From NCBI GenBank assembly GCA_030390025.1, contig CM059431.1, positions 125,614,001 to 125,678,000 on the forward strand: DNA of 64,000 bases, given 5' to 3'. How positions within the stretch are numbered: the stretch's first letter is position 1; each line of letters opens with the position of its first letter. The stretch is from Squalus acanthias. Its lineage: Eukaryota. Positions 33,996 to 47,754 of the stretch are shown piece by piece. A program made the translations under genes and the position numbers. A model generated the notes under the pieces. The model saw only the letters and a program-made list of their open reading frames with translations. It had not been told where the DNA came from and did no database searches.

Positions 33996-36159
33996 TGTGA
34001 AGGAATACGCCCTATTCAGAAAAATACACCATCCTATGAAAGAATTCTGACTTTATTAAACATGACGAACTGGGCTTGGAAATCTGAAAGCCTCAACAAT
34101 CAAAAGCTGTAAACGGCATACAGACTTTTGAGATAAGATAAGTTGTTGACACTGAAACAAAAGCCCTATTGAAGCAGAGGGTTAGAGCTTCCAGAAAGTC
34201 TGCAGCTTGGAAAAAAGACAATACCATACCCAGTTAAAGGTGTCTTAAACCAACACTTTGAAATGAAACACAGAAGATTAAAGAAACATATGCCTTCATA
34301 AATATGACATCAAATGAAACATGAAGACACGAGTCTGAATACAACCAACTGAGGTAACTAAGAAGACAATGGTGCATCCGGTCGAGGTGTTCTAAATGCA
34401 AAAGATACAAACAGGAGACTTTGATAAAAATGACATCAAATAGAACCACTGCCATCACATTGTTTTTGTGTTAAACTTGGAACACCTAGGAGACACGAAG
34501 TCTGTGTTGCAACCAGCTAAGGTGACTTAAGAATTGAATAGAAGACCTTCGTGAGAATGACATCAAATAGATACATCCGTTACAACCGTTTTTTATGATG
34601 AACTTGAAACACCTAGAGGAGAGACACGAGTCTGAAAGCTAAAAGCTGAACTAACTGTAAGAATAGAAGGGGTCAACAGAAAAATTACTAGAGATAATTA
34701 GCTTACATCAGCAGAAAACTTCAAAGGATATACCACTGAGAAAGAGTATAAATATAGAACTTTCAAATAGGAAGATAGAATTTGCTGGAAGGGGCAAAGC
34801 AATTCTTAGCTTCAGAGGCAATCTCTGTAAGTTTTCAACTCTCTGGGCTGGATTTTGAATCACCCATGGAGTCGGGTTTGGAGGCGTGTGGGGGGTTAAA
34901 TTTGCGGGGTCGGGGGTCCCGACCCCATCCCGACTCCATCCCGCCTCCACGCAATTTTGACAAAATCAGTCGCGGGGTTCCCGACTCCGTCCCGCCTCCA
35001 AGAGGCGGGAGAGGCCATTAAAGCCCTTAACAAGCCCTAAATTGGCTCTGTAATGCCATTTTGAAATGTTTTAGCTAGTTTAACCCTTTTCTGACATGAA
35101 GTACGCCTGGTGTGAAACACTCCAGTGAAACCTGGCAGGAGCACAAGTGGATAGCTGACTATGAGCTGCAGGTCCACTATTACAACGGAGATGTGATGAA
35201 GGTAGTAGTAGTATTAGGTCTGAAAGTCGCCTCTGATGCTGCTGCATTGAATGTGTTCAGAGACTGCCTGGCCTTTACTGTGAGAGGACTTGGATGCAAA
35301 AAAATTCTCATTCTCTCTCTCTCTCTCTCTCCCCACCCGCTATTTTTGCATCCAGGTCCACTCACATCTAAAGCAAGCCACGCAGGTCCTCTCTCACCAA
35401 CAGTCTCTGAGACTAGGCAGTCAGCAATGATGACATCATCAGAGGCGACTTTCAGACTGAAAACACTAATTAGTTCATGGGTTCCCACATGCTGGAACTC
35501 AATTGCCCAATTAAGTGAAAATTGCATCATTCATCCACATTAATCTGGAGTCGGGGGGGAACCACGAAATGCGGATGACATGACCCCAATCCGACCCCAA
35601 GACAAAATCCAGCCCTTTGAGTCTCGGGGATCAAGGTATTTGATTTTGGTGGATATCCTGGAATAAGACTAAGTAAGAAATGTAAAAATGTAACGAAGTT
35701 AAGATTTGAGAATAAGGATCTCTGATGATAAGAATTGTAAGCTTTTTGTTTTTGGAATTGTTAAAGTTGCGATTGAATCACCAACTGTAATTACATGTCG
35801 GTTGTTTAATAAATATATTTTTATTAGAATTGTCTCACATAGTACTTCTGTATCAAACTCGCAAACTCAATTTCTGTACACTCTTTGGTGAGGAGTTGCA
35901 GAATTCTGGGGGAGTTTTCCGGACCCTCATAATATCCGGAAGGTTACAGTCTAGCTAAACTTATTAAAAGTGCTATCTGGAGGATGGTAACATCTTCAGG
36001 TCATTCCTTTCCTTTAGGGAGAGATAGTCTGGACCTTTAGACCCAATTAAGCATCTTTAGGATTCGGCTACCTCTAACTTTAGTTGAAGGTGAACGTCTG
36101 GGGAATGCGCCTGATCCGGGGTAGCCCGAAAAGGGCTAGGACTAGTAATAATCCTTTCA
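33996..36159. repeat. Candidate solo LTR of an unrelated family (~1.4 kb plus a nested MITE)
   Basis: TGTGAAGGA...TCCTTTCA ends; flanks CCTC/GCTC; interrupts a CR1 3' UTR; internal direct repeats, TATAAATA and AATAAA. Confidence 0.5.
34845..35615. mobile_element. Non-autonomous Harbinger-type MITE
   Basis: Perfect 13-bp TIR GGGCTGGATTTTG / CAAAATCCAGCCC; flanks TCT/TTT. Confidence 0.75.
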
Positions 36160-36663
36160 GCTCAAGTGCAGCATAAACATAGACTGGTTGGGCCAAATGG
36201 CCTGTTGCTCTGCCGTATATCCTATGTAATGTTCAGTTATTGTGTGATGCCAGTTACCTTATTCTGAAATAACAACAGCAAATGCTGGAAACACTTTGCA
36301 ACACAATGTTTCCAGCATTTTCTGTTGTTATTTCAGATTTCCAGCATGCGCAGTATTTTGCTATTGTCCCTTATTCTGAACCTTAGTGATGGATACCCAG
36401 GAAGCTGCCATGATATGTTCATCATGTGACAATCCATCATCCCAGTTATTATGACTCAGAGCAATGTATCTGGATGGTTCATTGGTGATCAAGTCAGTCC
36501 CCTGCAGTCATGGCTGATGAATCTAGTCAGACTTCTCTAGGCAAAGGGGAACAACAAATACAGTAAGGCCTATATCATTACAAGGAGTGTCATTCAGCAC
36601 ACCATAGGAATTCTCAAGTCTAATTTTATGTGTCTAGCTGAATCTGGTGGAGCCTACAATATT

Positions 36664-37110
36664 GGCCCAGATATTCCGATCCCTACGTGTGGGTACGCGC
36701 TGTGTACCCGCCCGTAGGGACATCGAAAATGCCGGTTTCAGGCATGCACAGCGCATGCGCTGAAAACCGGCAATTCCAATCTGTCAAGAATGGTCTTGAC
36801 AGATCCTCCGGCTGCCCTGGAGAGGGGCCTCTGCGGGCGGATAGTTCCGCTTTTTGTAGACCCTCCGCCCACAGAAAACTCTTACAATTCTTACGCCTGG
36901 TGTATGAAGGGAGATTCCCTTCTTTGATTGGCTCCCCATGGCCCACGTGATCCCAGGGACGCTGCGAACTACATGCGCCTCTGGGATACGTGGGCCCTGC
37001 ACACTTGCAGTTTGGAGAGGCCCAGGAGCGGAAGCGTGTGCGTCCCGGAAGTCCTCAGGTAGATTTTTCCAGATCGGGAGGCCTGCGATCGGAAAATAAG
37101 GGCCATTATT
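36664..37110. mobile_element. Partial MITE related to 44728-45425, inverted orientation
   Basis: GGCCCAGATATTCCG terminus and shared internal blocks (CCGGTTTCAGGCATG, TGATCCCAGGGACGC). Confidence 0.6.
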
Positions 37111-37494
37111 TTAATGAAGAAAGATTTGCTGCTTCCGGAAGTTGAATTCTCCGAACAGCTTGAGCAGGGTGCATATGAAGGAGAGGGTGTGGGACAGGAT
37201 AGCCAACACCCAGGGCAAGGAGGGCACAATTGATAGTCCAGTGTTTCCACTAAAAAAGTCAGTCCCCCTACACCCTTACAAAGTTGCTCACTGTCAAAGA
37301 CATCTCACAAGTTCCTTCATCAGACAGAAATCTATATTTCCGTTACCATCATCCTAACCATCAAAAGTTGAAAGCATACACAGAAAGTAACTCAGAATTC
37401 TATGTGCCCAAGCCATGTTTACGTCACACAACATATTCTCCCAACAGTGCCAGAAATTCCAATCACCCTATCCAATTCTACTTCTTAACATCAT

Positions 37495-40400
37495 GGCCGC
37501 GAATTTAATGGAGGAGGCGGGTTGGGCGGGTTCTGGTCCCGCTGCCGGTTTCAGCTGCTCCCCAATCTAGATTTTCAGGTAAGTGGGCTCATTAAGCCCA
37601 CAGTGTGCGCTATCCAGCCCAATGAGTGGGAGCGGGTCTGCTGCTCGCCTCTGCTGACATCACTCATTCAGTTGTTTTTAAAGGGCTCCATGTAGCCTTA
37701 GCTTCTCATTTCCTTTCTGCTGCTCTGGGAATCGTCCAGCTCATTATGACTGCTGCAAGGGCAAAGGCTTCTCCAAGGTTTGCTGAAGACTCCCTCCAAG
37801 CTCTTGTGGAGGGAGTAAGTAGGGCGCAGGGACATTCTATTCCCTCGTGATGGCCGGAGTAAGCCTCCTCAGCAAACAAAGGCAGCCTGGCTGTGAATTG
37901 CTGAGGGGGTCAGCGCTAGGTCAGTTTGCTTACGCACATGGGTCCAGTGCCAAAAACGCTTCAATGATCTTCTGCGATCATCAAAAGTGAGTATCACATC
38001 ACACTTTACTTCAATCTGCTTCCCTTCTCTTCTCATCACCAGCACTCTGCATTGTCAGCCTGCTCCTCCACATCCCACCTTAACTTTACTTCCCTTACAC
38101 CCTTACCTATCCCTCTCTCTCTATGTACAGATTCACTTCACCATCCTACTACGTACCCCTCACACTTGCTCTCACTGTTATGCATTGACAACAACTAACA
38201 ACGCACAGGGAGGCCCCTTCCTCTTGGCACCTCACTCCATCTTGGCCTCCCTCTAAGCTTCTATGTTATGGATTCTTCACACTCACGCCATCAATCTCGA
38301 TGAAACTCAACTAGTGTCCGTCCTTGCAGAAAAAGATAGCCCACAATAAGAGGAGAGAGTGAAGACAGGAGGAGGGCCACCATCCCTTGCGACATTGACT
38401 AGCGCTAAGGAGGCTGCTCAGGAGATCATGGGAGTTGGCGAGGAGCTGGAAGTGGGGGATGGAGAGACGGGAGCATTAGATGAAGCTGGTGACAGAATCG
38501 ATTTTAAACCCTCTAATTTAGATTTCATGATTGGCTGAAATGGCAAATGAAGTTCACAGAGATTGACTTTTGATCATCTGCTCAATAGGATATTTCTGCT
38601 ACCTAAATATCAGATGTCTAACTCATGCCTTTACTCTCCCACAGGACCATTGAGAGCCCCCATCCCTACTGTCCAGGAGGAAGAGGAAGACGAATCCTCA
38701 GAGGAGTCTGCAGCCTCTGAGGGCGCAGCGTCACCAGAACTCAGCGCACCCAGCACCAGCGCAGAGACTCACACCTCAGTGGGTCCATCACCACATAGAG
38801 TAGTGTTGTCACCTGGTGTATCACAGCTCACAAGTGAGCATCAGCAGATGGTGGAGACAGTGACAGCAGAGGAGAGTCCTTGTCGGAGATCGCAGGACTC
38901 TCCTAGATCTGCTCAGCTGTATGCAGACGCTGTGCGTCTGGGGCCATCCAGAAAGAGAGCAGTGTTGGAACTTCAGCAACAAGTGCAGGAGTCTCTGACA
39001 GGTTTTGCATCCACGGTAACTGCAAGTGTGCAGAGAATGGAGGAGTCCATCTCAAACATGAGCACTGCCATGGTGGAGGCAATGGCGCATGAACGTGCCG
39101 CCATGGAGAGGTTGGCAACCTCCTTGAGGACATAACTCGCCAGACTCAACAGCGCATGGTGACTCTTATAAATAGATGGTCTGCTATGGAGGATAGATGG
39201 GCATCTATTGAGGAGAGACACTAGAGGTACATGGACGTCCCCATTATGAGGACTGTCAGTACAGAGACAGGTCCTAATGGCCCCACTGATGTGCAGCAAG
39301 GTACTCTCCAGCCACTTGCTAACAGTGAAGTGCGGGTGACCCATGAGAGGGATGTTGGTGATCAACAACAAGGAAGTGTGGGCTCCTCTCCAAGCGCTCA
39401 CACGACCATGCCACTGTGGAGCCCTCGGTCAGTGCCCCAGATTCGGCACCCAACTGAGATGGCCGTCTCAGCCCCTGCACAGCCGCAGGAAGAGCAGACT
39501 GTTACGGAGCTCTCCCAGGCTCCCAAACCCAGAGGACACCCGCCAAAGGTCTCTAAGCAGGCGCAGCATCAAAGTGAGCAAGGTGTCACTACATCTGCTG
39601 AAGCCACAGGGGAAGCACCACGTGGAAGCACGCGTAAGAGGAAGTTAACACACAAATAGTCACAAGGATAGTCACTTGGGTGTTTTATTGTGTGAAAAAT
39701 TACCACTTGTCATCCAGATTGTGATTGCATTAAACAAAAGTGATGGCAAAGATTTGAGAAATAGAAGTTGCACAGTGAGGGCTCAGGGCTATTTGCATTT
39801 GTAATGATGGTGGTGAGAGTGATAGGAAAGCACCGTTTATTGGACAGATGATCTATGGCATGTTAAGAAGCTCATCTTGACATTCATCTCCATCTGCCAG
39901 CCACCTGTGGTTGAAGCATAAGCTTACGCGAATCTGGCATGGATGAGTGCAACCCTTGCCTGACACCCAGCAATGTGGTTGCTTGCTGCTGTGATGCCTT
40001 TGACAGCTACGGGTAAGGAGTGTCCACACGCTCCTCTGGGCTCCAGGTGTTGGTGCAGCAATGTGCAGATGTCAGCGACTACCTCTCGCGAAAGTCTCAG
40101 CCTTCTTTGGCACTGCTGCTCAGTCATGTTGAGGAAGCTCATCCTCAGTCTGTAAACCCTGTGTTGGGGGTATCTCCTGCGGTGAGGTGCAGCCCTGCGC
40201 TGACGCCCTCTGCCCTGTACATCATCAGGTGGCTGAGGAGAAGGTTGGCGCTCCTGCTGTTGGTGCTGCTGCTGTGCCTGGTTGTGCTGCTGCCGCGGCT
40301 GCTCTTCTCCGAATCTGACGACCAGGGTGAGAGGCTATAAATGGTTCCCAATCCGCTGGTATATATCTCAGTCAAGGAATAGAGATTGTTTGCGCTCAGA

Positions 40401-40891
40401 CAAAGTGGCCAGAGGGTTTTCCAAGGAGGTCACACTGCAGATGGATTTCAGCTTGAACACTCACAAGATCAGTAGAGCTGATAAATGTTTGCCAAAACCT
40501 CAAAGCACTAAGTTGTGGCATCTGAAAGTATGAGATGTTGCAGGACCACTTTTAAGCTGCTCGAGCAGCTGTCAACAATTCAGGTCCTCGCTAAACCCGG
40601 CACAATGCAGCTGGCGTGTTTGTCGGACGAAGGGCAGCACGCAGAAAAAGCTGCAAAATCACAACAGGCAGTTAAAATAAGATTAACAAGACAGTTGACA
40701 AGCTGTTAACTGCCTTAAGTGCCTCTCCTGCTGTTTGGTGTCAGGTCAGATCGGGACTCGTTGACCCAACACTTGTCAAAGTAACGTGGTGGCTGGATGG
40801 CGGCGGGTTCGCAACCTACCGTCAATCATTTAGATTTTCGCTACCGACCCGCCTCCAAACCCGTCCTCTGAGTGCCACCTAATTCCCGGCC
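37495..40891. mobile_element. PIF/Harbinger element with a convergent Myb/SANT-like gene (+) and a deleted transposase (-)
   Basis: TIR GGCCGCGAATT / AATTCCCGGCC with 3-bp TSD CAT; PRFAEDSLQALVEGV...QC.KRFNDL on +; [25 protein letters not shown]...LPVAVK on -. Confidence 0.8.
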
Positions 40892-41114
40892 CATATCTAC
40901 CTTTTGTGCCAACTAACTTACTTGTTCGTGTTCCTAATCTACAACTCCTATGAGATGCTCCCTGAGTGAGATGAGGTTGAGAGGTGGATGGTTGGGATGG
41001 TCCCTGGAGTTTTAGAGGCCTGAGGTGATCCTCATCTCAGGGAAGCAGCTCTCCCAGAGGGCAGATTTTCTCTTGCAGTGGCAAAGTCATCCACTTTGGA
41101 CTTTAGAAAGATAG

Positions 41115-41861
41115 ATCAGAGTATTTTCTAAATGGCAAGAAGCTAGAAACTGTGGAGGAGCAGAGAGATTTAGTTACAGAAATCACTGAAATATAGTGGG
41201 CAGGTACAGAAATAATTTTAAAAGCTAATGGAAAGTTTGCTTTTACTTCAAGAGGTCTGGAATATAAAGGGATGGATGTTGTTACAGTTACATAAAGCTC
41301 TGGTTAGATCCCATTTAGAATACTGCATTCAGTTCTGGGCACTGTACCTTGGGAAGGATATATTGGCCTTGGAGGGGGTGCAGCGCAGATTCACTAGAAT
41401 GATACCGGGGCTAAAGGGTTAAATCTTGAGGACCGATTGCATAGACTAGGCTTGTATTCTCTTGATTAAGAAGATTAAGGGGTGTTGTAATTGTTGTGTT
41501 AAAGATAATTAAAGGAGTTAATAGGGTAGATAGAGAGAAACTATTTCCCCTGATGGGGAGTCCAGAACAAGGGCGCACAACTTTAAAATTAGAGCTAGTT
41601 CATTCTGAGGTGATGTCAGGAAGCACTTATTCACACAAAGGTTAGTGGAAATCTGGAACTCTGTTCCCCCACAAAACTGTTGAGACTAGGTCAATTGAAA
41701 ATTTAAAAACTGAGATTGATAGATTTTGGTAGGTAAGGATATTAACGTTATGGAACCAAGGTGTGTAAATGGTGCTAAAGTACAGATCAGCCATGATCTA
41801 ATTGAATGGTGAAGCAGGCTTGAGGGGGTGAATGACCTACTCTTATTTCTATGTTCCTATG
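41115..41861 (+). mobile_element. CR1 LINE 3' fragment, degraded
   Basis: [13 protein letters not shown]...[18 protein letters not shown] tail. Confidence 0.85.
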
Positions 41862-43704
41862 TGCTGGCCCATATCTGAACCTCCCTCAATTGTAGGCAGT
41901 GAAGTGGACCTTAAGCAGGCCCAATGCCACTCTCGATAGAGAAACAATAGCATCTGCGTCCACTTCTTGCAGCCCACCAGTACTGTGTACAGGCTTAGTG
42001 GAACTACTGGTCAGTAATAATATAGATCAAAACTTGCCAACCAAGTCTTGGAAGCTCTGTGCAAGGATAACCGTCAAGGTATCTATTGAAGCAGTAGTAC
42101 TGGCACTCTGAAAGCCACTAATGTCTTTAATAACTGTTCCTGGTGTCTTGATGCTGCAGATATCTCTTAGGCTGTCAGAGTCTCCAAGCTATTCTACACA
42201 AAGCAGAAAACTTCCAAAATGTGTTACAGATGCTGGTGGTATCCATCCTCCCAAACATAGACCTACCTATAAGATTGAAAGTTTGATCAGAGCACTAATT
42301 AGTGTGACCAGATCAATCTCCAACATGTTTTTCAGGCTTTTCATTGCAAGTGCAAAACAGCCAATGATACATGTCAGTGGCCCAATGGAGTGTGTGTACC
42401 AAAGTGAGATATCTCATCAGTTCACAGCATGAGGAGTAATATTGTCAAGGATCAGGCATTCCTCCATTAGACTTTTAAACAGAATTCTTACTATAGTTGC
42501 AGCATTTGAAAGTAGCTACTCATTTATTTCAATCATAACCTGCCACTCACCATGGGGGTGGGAAATTATTGCCAATAATGAAAACTCATAGCATGCATGC
42601 ACATATTGATACTTTAATTCTTGTTTATAAATACTGTATTGTTTGTGGATTCAAACAAAAAAGACTGAATTGGAATAATTCATGTTTTAATAGAGCTGAT
42701 AAAGTATTTGACATCTGGAATTCAATTTGGCATTTACTGAGCAATAATTTCAGCACAGGATTAAATGATGACTTGAAGCAATGTATGATCTTATCCATTT
42801 TACCCCCTTCCTTCCATTTCACCAAAAGAGTGGGGATACAATGCAATGTTCAAACATTGTGCTATTAATCACTGTAATCTTAACAGGTATTGACTATATT
42901 TTACTATCATGCTCCATTTGCCACAAAGTGACTTGAGAAAATATATTTTTTAAGTTTTTTTTTTCTGAATGCATCAATATGAATTTTATTAAACTGTAAT
43001 TGCTGAGAAGTGTATTTTACCATTAAAATTGGTATTTATCTTTATCCAATAGCTAAAGTCCAAATTGTGAAATGCAATTATCCTTTGTCTAGCATAGAGC
43101 ACAATTGGGGTATATTTTCCTCCATTTGCTACTGTTGGTAAAAAGGCCGCATGACTATTAAGTGGGTTTCCATGCAGCTAAAATTATTCTTGGGTAACAT
43201 ACATAAATGCTAGAACTATGGCAACTTAGGCACTGGCAGGATAAAGAGCTATATCTGTCCCACTCTGTAGTTTTTTGGCAGGGGTTATGTCCTCCTTCCT
43301 CCTCCACCCTCCCAGTCTAAATCCTCTCAGCTTTTTATACATGTTCGCACCTCTGTGTGTCAATTATTTCTTTAACCTTAATTTCCTGATGTGGAAGATC
43401 TGCCATAAAGTTCAAAAGTAACTGGGATAACTCAAAGAGTAAAATGCTAACCAGTGTCTTTTTTCATTCTTGGAAATGGGCGTCACTGGCAAAGCCAACA
43501 TTTATTGCCCATCCCTAGTTGCCCTGAGTATGATACAATGGAATGGCTTAATTCAGAGGGCAGTTAAGAATCAACCAAGTTCCTTCCCTAAAGAACATTA
43601 TGATCCAGTTGGGTTTTTACAACAATCTGATAGCTTTTTTACTGATTCCAAGGGGACCAGAAAAACTAAGCCAATGGACAAAGGATGACATAGATAAATG
43701 CAAG

Positions 43705-44135
43705 AAAGAAAAGACTTGCATTTATATAGCGCCTTTCACGACCACCGGACGTCCCAAAGCACTTTACAAGCAATGAAGTACTTTTGAAGTGTAGTCACTG
43801 CTGTGATGTAGGAAACGCGGCAGCCAATTTGTACACAGCAAACTCCTATAAACAGCAACGCAATAATGACCAAATAATCTGTTTTTTGTTATGTTGATTG
43901 AGGGATAAATATTGGGCAGGACACCGGGGATAGCTCCCATGCTCTTCTTCGAATTAGTGCCATAGTATCGTTTACATTCACCTGAGAGAGCAGACGGGGC
44001 CTCGGTTTAACGTCTCATCCAAAAGACGGCACCTCCGACAATGCAGTACTGCACTGGAATGTCAGCCTAGATTTTTTTTGTGTTCAAGTCTCTGACTGAG
44101 TGGCAAGGGTGCTACCAACTGAGCCACAGCTGACA
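43705..44135 (-). mobile_element. tRNA-derived SINE, DeuSINE/SacSINE1-like
   Basis: Head GTGGCTCAGTTGGTAGC (A box); tail GGCGCTATATAAATGCAAGTC followed by TTTC repeats. Confidence 0.65.
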
Positions 44136-44375
44136 AAAAGATACAAGGTCAAAGAAATCAAATTATGAAGACTGTAATTTAAATTGTAACAAGCTTGAGA
44201 TAAGAGAGCAGGAGAGAAATCTCGAGGTTTTGCTGGATAGGTTGGTAAAATCATCAGTTCGCAGGTAATCAAGAAATTAAATGTTGGGGTGTATAGCTAA
44301 GGGTATAAATTATAAGTTAAAGGAGATGATGTTGAAGGTGTATCTGGCCCTGGTGAGGCTACATCTGGAGTACTC

Positions 44376-45530
44376 GAGAAACAGCACCTCATCTTTCGAT
44401 TAGGCACTTTACAGCCTTCTGGACTCAACACTGAGTTCAACAATTTCAGACCATAACCTCTGCCCTATTTTTTCACATGGCAGCTGTTGATGATTCTGCC
44501 ATCCCCATTTACACCTCTTCTAGACGCATCTTTTGTTTCTTAACTTGTCCTATTATCATCTCCTTTTGCTTTGTACTATCATACCATTTGTCATTTAATC
44601 TCTCCTGCCTTCCACCCTATCACAGACCTTCCCCTCCCCCCCCTTCCCCTGCCCCTGCACGTGCTCAAAATCTGTTACATCTCTGACTTTTTCCAGTTTT
44701 GATGAATGGTCATCGACTTGAAACATTGGGCCGGATTTTCCGATCGGAGGCTTCCTGCATGCTGATGTCTCCGATATGGAAAAATCTACGAACTTACCTG
44801 CTGGCTCCGTAGGTCCCGAGACTTCCGATCCTGGGCCTCTGCTCTACGAAATGTGCAGAGGCCCAGGTATCCCAGGGGTGCAGGCAGTTCGCAAGCGTCC
44901 CTGGGATCACTTGGGCCATGGGGAACCATTCAAAGAAGGGGATCCCCCTTCACACTCTTGACAGGTCTCTCCGCTTCGATCTGTCAAAAGTATGAATGGG
45001 GATCACTCAAAAAACACATCGAAACATTAAATAATATATTTTTTTAAATCACATATTTAAAATTAGTTAAAATTACATTAAATTAAATATTTTAAACAAA
45101 AATTGAATTTTCTGAAAAAAGTAATTAAAGAGTTTTACGGGGCTTAAAAATAAACTTACCTTTTTTAAAAGTCTTATGTCTGCTTTTACCAGGCATAAGA
45201 TTTTTAAAGGATTTCAGCGGGCGGAGGTTCTACATAAAGCGGAACTCTCCACCCGCAGAGGTCCCTTTCCCAGATAGGCAGATGACCTGTCAAGATAATT
45301 CTTGACAGATTGGAAGTGTCGGTTTCCAGCGCATGCGCTTCACATGCCTGAAACCGGCACTTGCGAGGCCACTATGGGTGCGTACACACTTCGTACCCAC
45401 CCGTGGGGGTCGGAAAATATGGGCCAATAACTCTGTTTCTCTTTCCACATATGCTGCCTAACCTGCTGAGTATTTCCAGCATTTTCTGTTTTTATTTCAG
45501 ATTTCCAGCATCCGCAGTATTTTGCTTTTG
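44376..45530 (+). mobile_element. Penelope-like element 3' remnant, split by a MITE
   Basis: QHLIFRLGTLQPSGLN (GIY-YIG C-terminus), pyrimidine-rich UTR, TGATGA...GAAAC motif, GCTGAGTATTTCCAGCA end. Confidence 0.7.
44728..45425. mobile_element. Harbinger-type MITE
   Basis: Imperfect TIR GGGCCGGATTTTCCGA / TCGGAAAATATGGGCC; flanks ATT/AAT. Confidence 0.7.
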
Positions 45531-45769
45531 TCTGGAGTACTATGATCAGTTTTGGTCTCCATATTACAATAAAGATTCAGAATTATTGGAGGGAGTCCAG
45601 AGAGAGTTGTAAGGCTGATTCCTGAACTAGAAGGGCTAAGTTAAGAAGAAAGATTGTCGACCATGGGACTTTACTCCCTGAAAATGAAAAGGATTAGCAT
45701 AGTTATGGAAACAATCAAACGTGCAAATACTTAACTGGAGGAGGGCTAAATTCAGTGAGTTGAAAGGGG

Positions 45770-47753
45770 ATTGCACAAATTAGGGTTGTACTCCCTGGAA
45801 TTTAGAAGGTTAAAGAGTGATTTGATCGATATTAAGGGGAACAGATAGGGTAGATAGAGAAAAACTATTTCCGCTGGTTGGGGATTCTAGGACTAGGGGG
45901 CATAGTCTAAAAATTAGAGCCAGACCTTTCAGGAGTGAAGTTAGGAAACACTTATACACACAAAGGGTGGTAGAAGTTTGGAACTCTCTTCTGCAAATGG
46001 CAATTAATGCTAGATCAACTGTTAATTTTAAATCTGAGATTGATAGATTTTTGTTAATCAAAGGTATGAAGGGATATGGGGCAAAGGTGAGTATATGGAG
46101 TTAGGTCGCAGATCAGCCATGATCTCACTGAATGGCGGAACAGGCTCAAGGGGCTAAACTCCTGTTCCTAGTTTCCTATGTTCCTATGTTCCTATCTGGC
46201 CCAGGCGGATTGCAATCAAAGATGGGCAGGTAAAATGGTAAATGAGCAATAGGAGGCCTTCAAAAAGGAGATAGTTATGGTACAGACTAGACACTTTCCC
46301 ATGAGGGGAGAAAGGAAGGGTATCCAAAGCTAGAGCTCCCTGGGTGACATTGGACATATACCACTGTTCCTTTATCATCACTTGGTCAAAATCCTGAAAT
46401 TCCCTACCTAACATCATTGTGGGAGCACCATCACCACAGTCCAATATACAGATTAAAATGGAACAGAAAAAGGATGTGTATGATAAATGTCAGGCTCATA
46501 ATACAGTAGACAACCAAACTGAATAAAGAAAGTACAACGGAGAATGGTAAAAGGAATTAAATGGGGCAAAGAGAGTGTATGAGATGTAACATAAAAGGGA
46601 ACACAAAATCTTATATAAACATATAAATAGCATAAGGTTAGTCAAAGGAAGGGTGGGACCGATTAGGGAACAAAAAGGAAATCTTCTTGTGGAGGCAGAG
46701 AGCATGGCTGAGGTCCTAAATGAGTACTTTGCATCTGCCTTCACTAAAGAAGAGAATTCTACAAATGTAACAGTAAAGGAGGAGGTAGTAGAGAAATTTG
46801 ATCGGATAAAAATAGATAAAGAGGAGGTACTTAAAGCGTTGGCAGCGCTCAAAGTAAAAAGTCATCCAGTCTGCGTGGGATGCATCCTAGGTTGCTGAGG
46901 GAAGGAAGTAAGGGTGGAGATAACGGGGCCTCTGGCTACAATCTTCCAATCCTCCTTAGATATGGAAGTAGTGTGTGAGGATTGCAGGATTCAAAAGTTA
47001 CACCCCTGTTCAAAAAAGGAGAAAGGGATAAACCCAGTAACTGCAGCTCAGTCAGCATAACTTTGGTGGTGGGGAAACTTTTAGAGTAATCCGAGACAAA
47101 ATTAATTGGCACTTGGAAAAATACGGATTAATAAATGACAGCCAGCAAGAATTTGTTAAAGACAAATTTTATCTGATTAACTTGATTGAGGTCTTTGATG
47201 AAGTAATGGAGAGGGTTGATGTGTATATAAACTTTCAAAAGGTGTTTGATAAAGTGCTACATAATAAACTTGTCAGCAGAATTGAAGCTCATTGGACTCA
47301 AGGTTGAGAGTCGTGGTGAAGGGTTGTTTTGTAGATTGGAGGGAAGTATTCAGTGGTGTCCCCCAGGGGTCAGTATTCAGACCACTGATCTTTTTGATAT
47401 ATATTAATGACCTGGACTTGGGTATACAGGGCATAATTTCAAATTTTGCAGATGACTCGCAACTCGGAAAGGTAGGAACCAGTAAGGAGGATAGTAACAG
47501 AATTCAGGAGGACATAGACAGACACATGGGCAGACACATGGCAGATACAATTTTACACAGAGAAGTGTGCAGTGATGCATTTTGGTAGGAAAAATGAAGA
47601 GAGACAATATAAACAAAATTTTACCATTTTAAAGGGGTTATAGGAATGGAGAGATCTGGTGATGTATGTATACAAGTCTGTGAAGGTAGCAGGACGAGTT
47701 GAGAAGTTTGTTAAAAAGGCATACAGAACCTTTGGCTTTATAAACAGTTGCAT
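45770..47753 (+). mobile_element. Cluster of degraded CR1 fragments
   Basis: TRGHSLKI plus a TTCCTATG tail at 45770-46193; MAEVLNEYFASAFT and GVPQGSV at 46440-47753. Confidence 0.8.
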
Positions 47754-47754
47754 A

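Noticed and set aside
34290..34640. Spaced direct repeats as a CRISPR-like array
   Set aside because: Irregular spacing, spacers similar to one another, eukaryotic context, no cas genes
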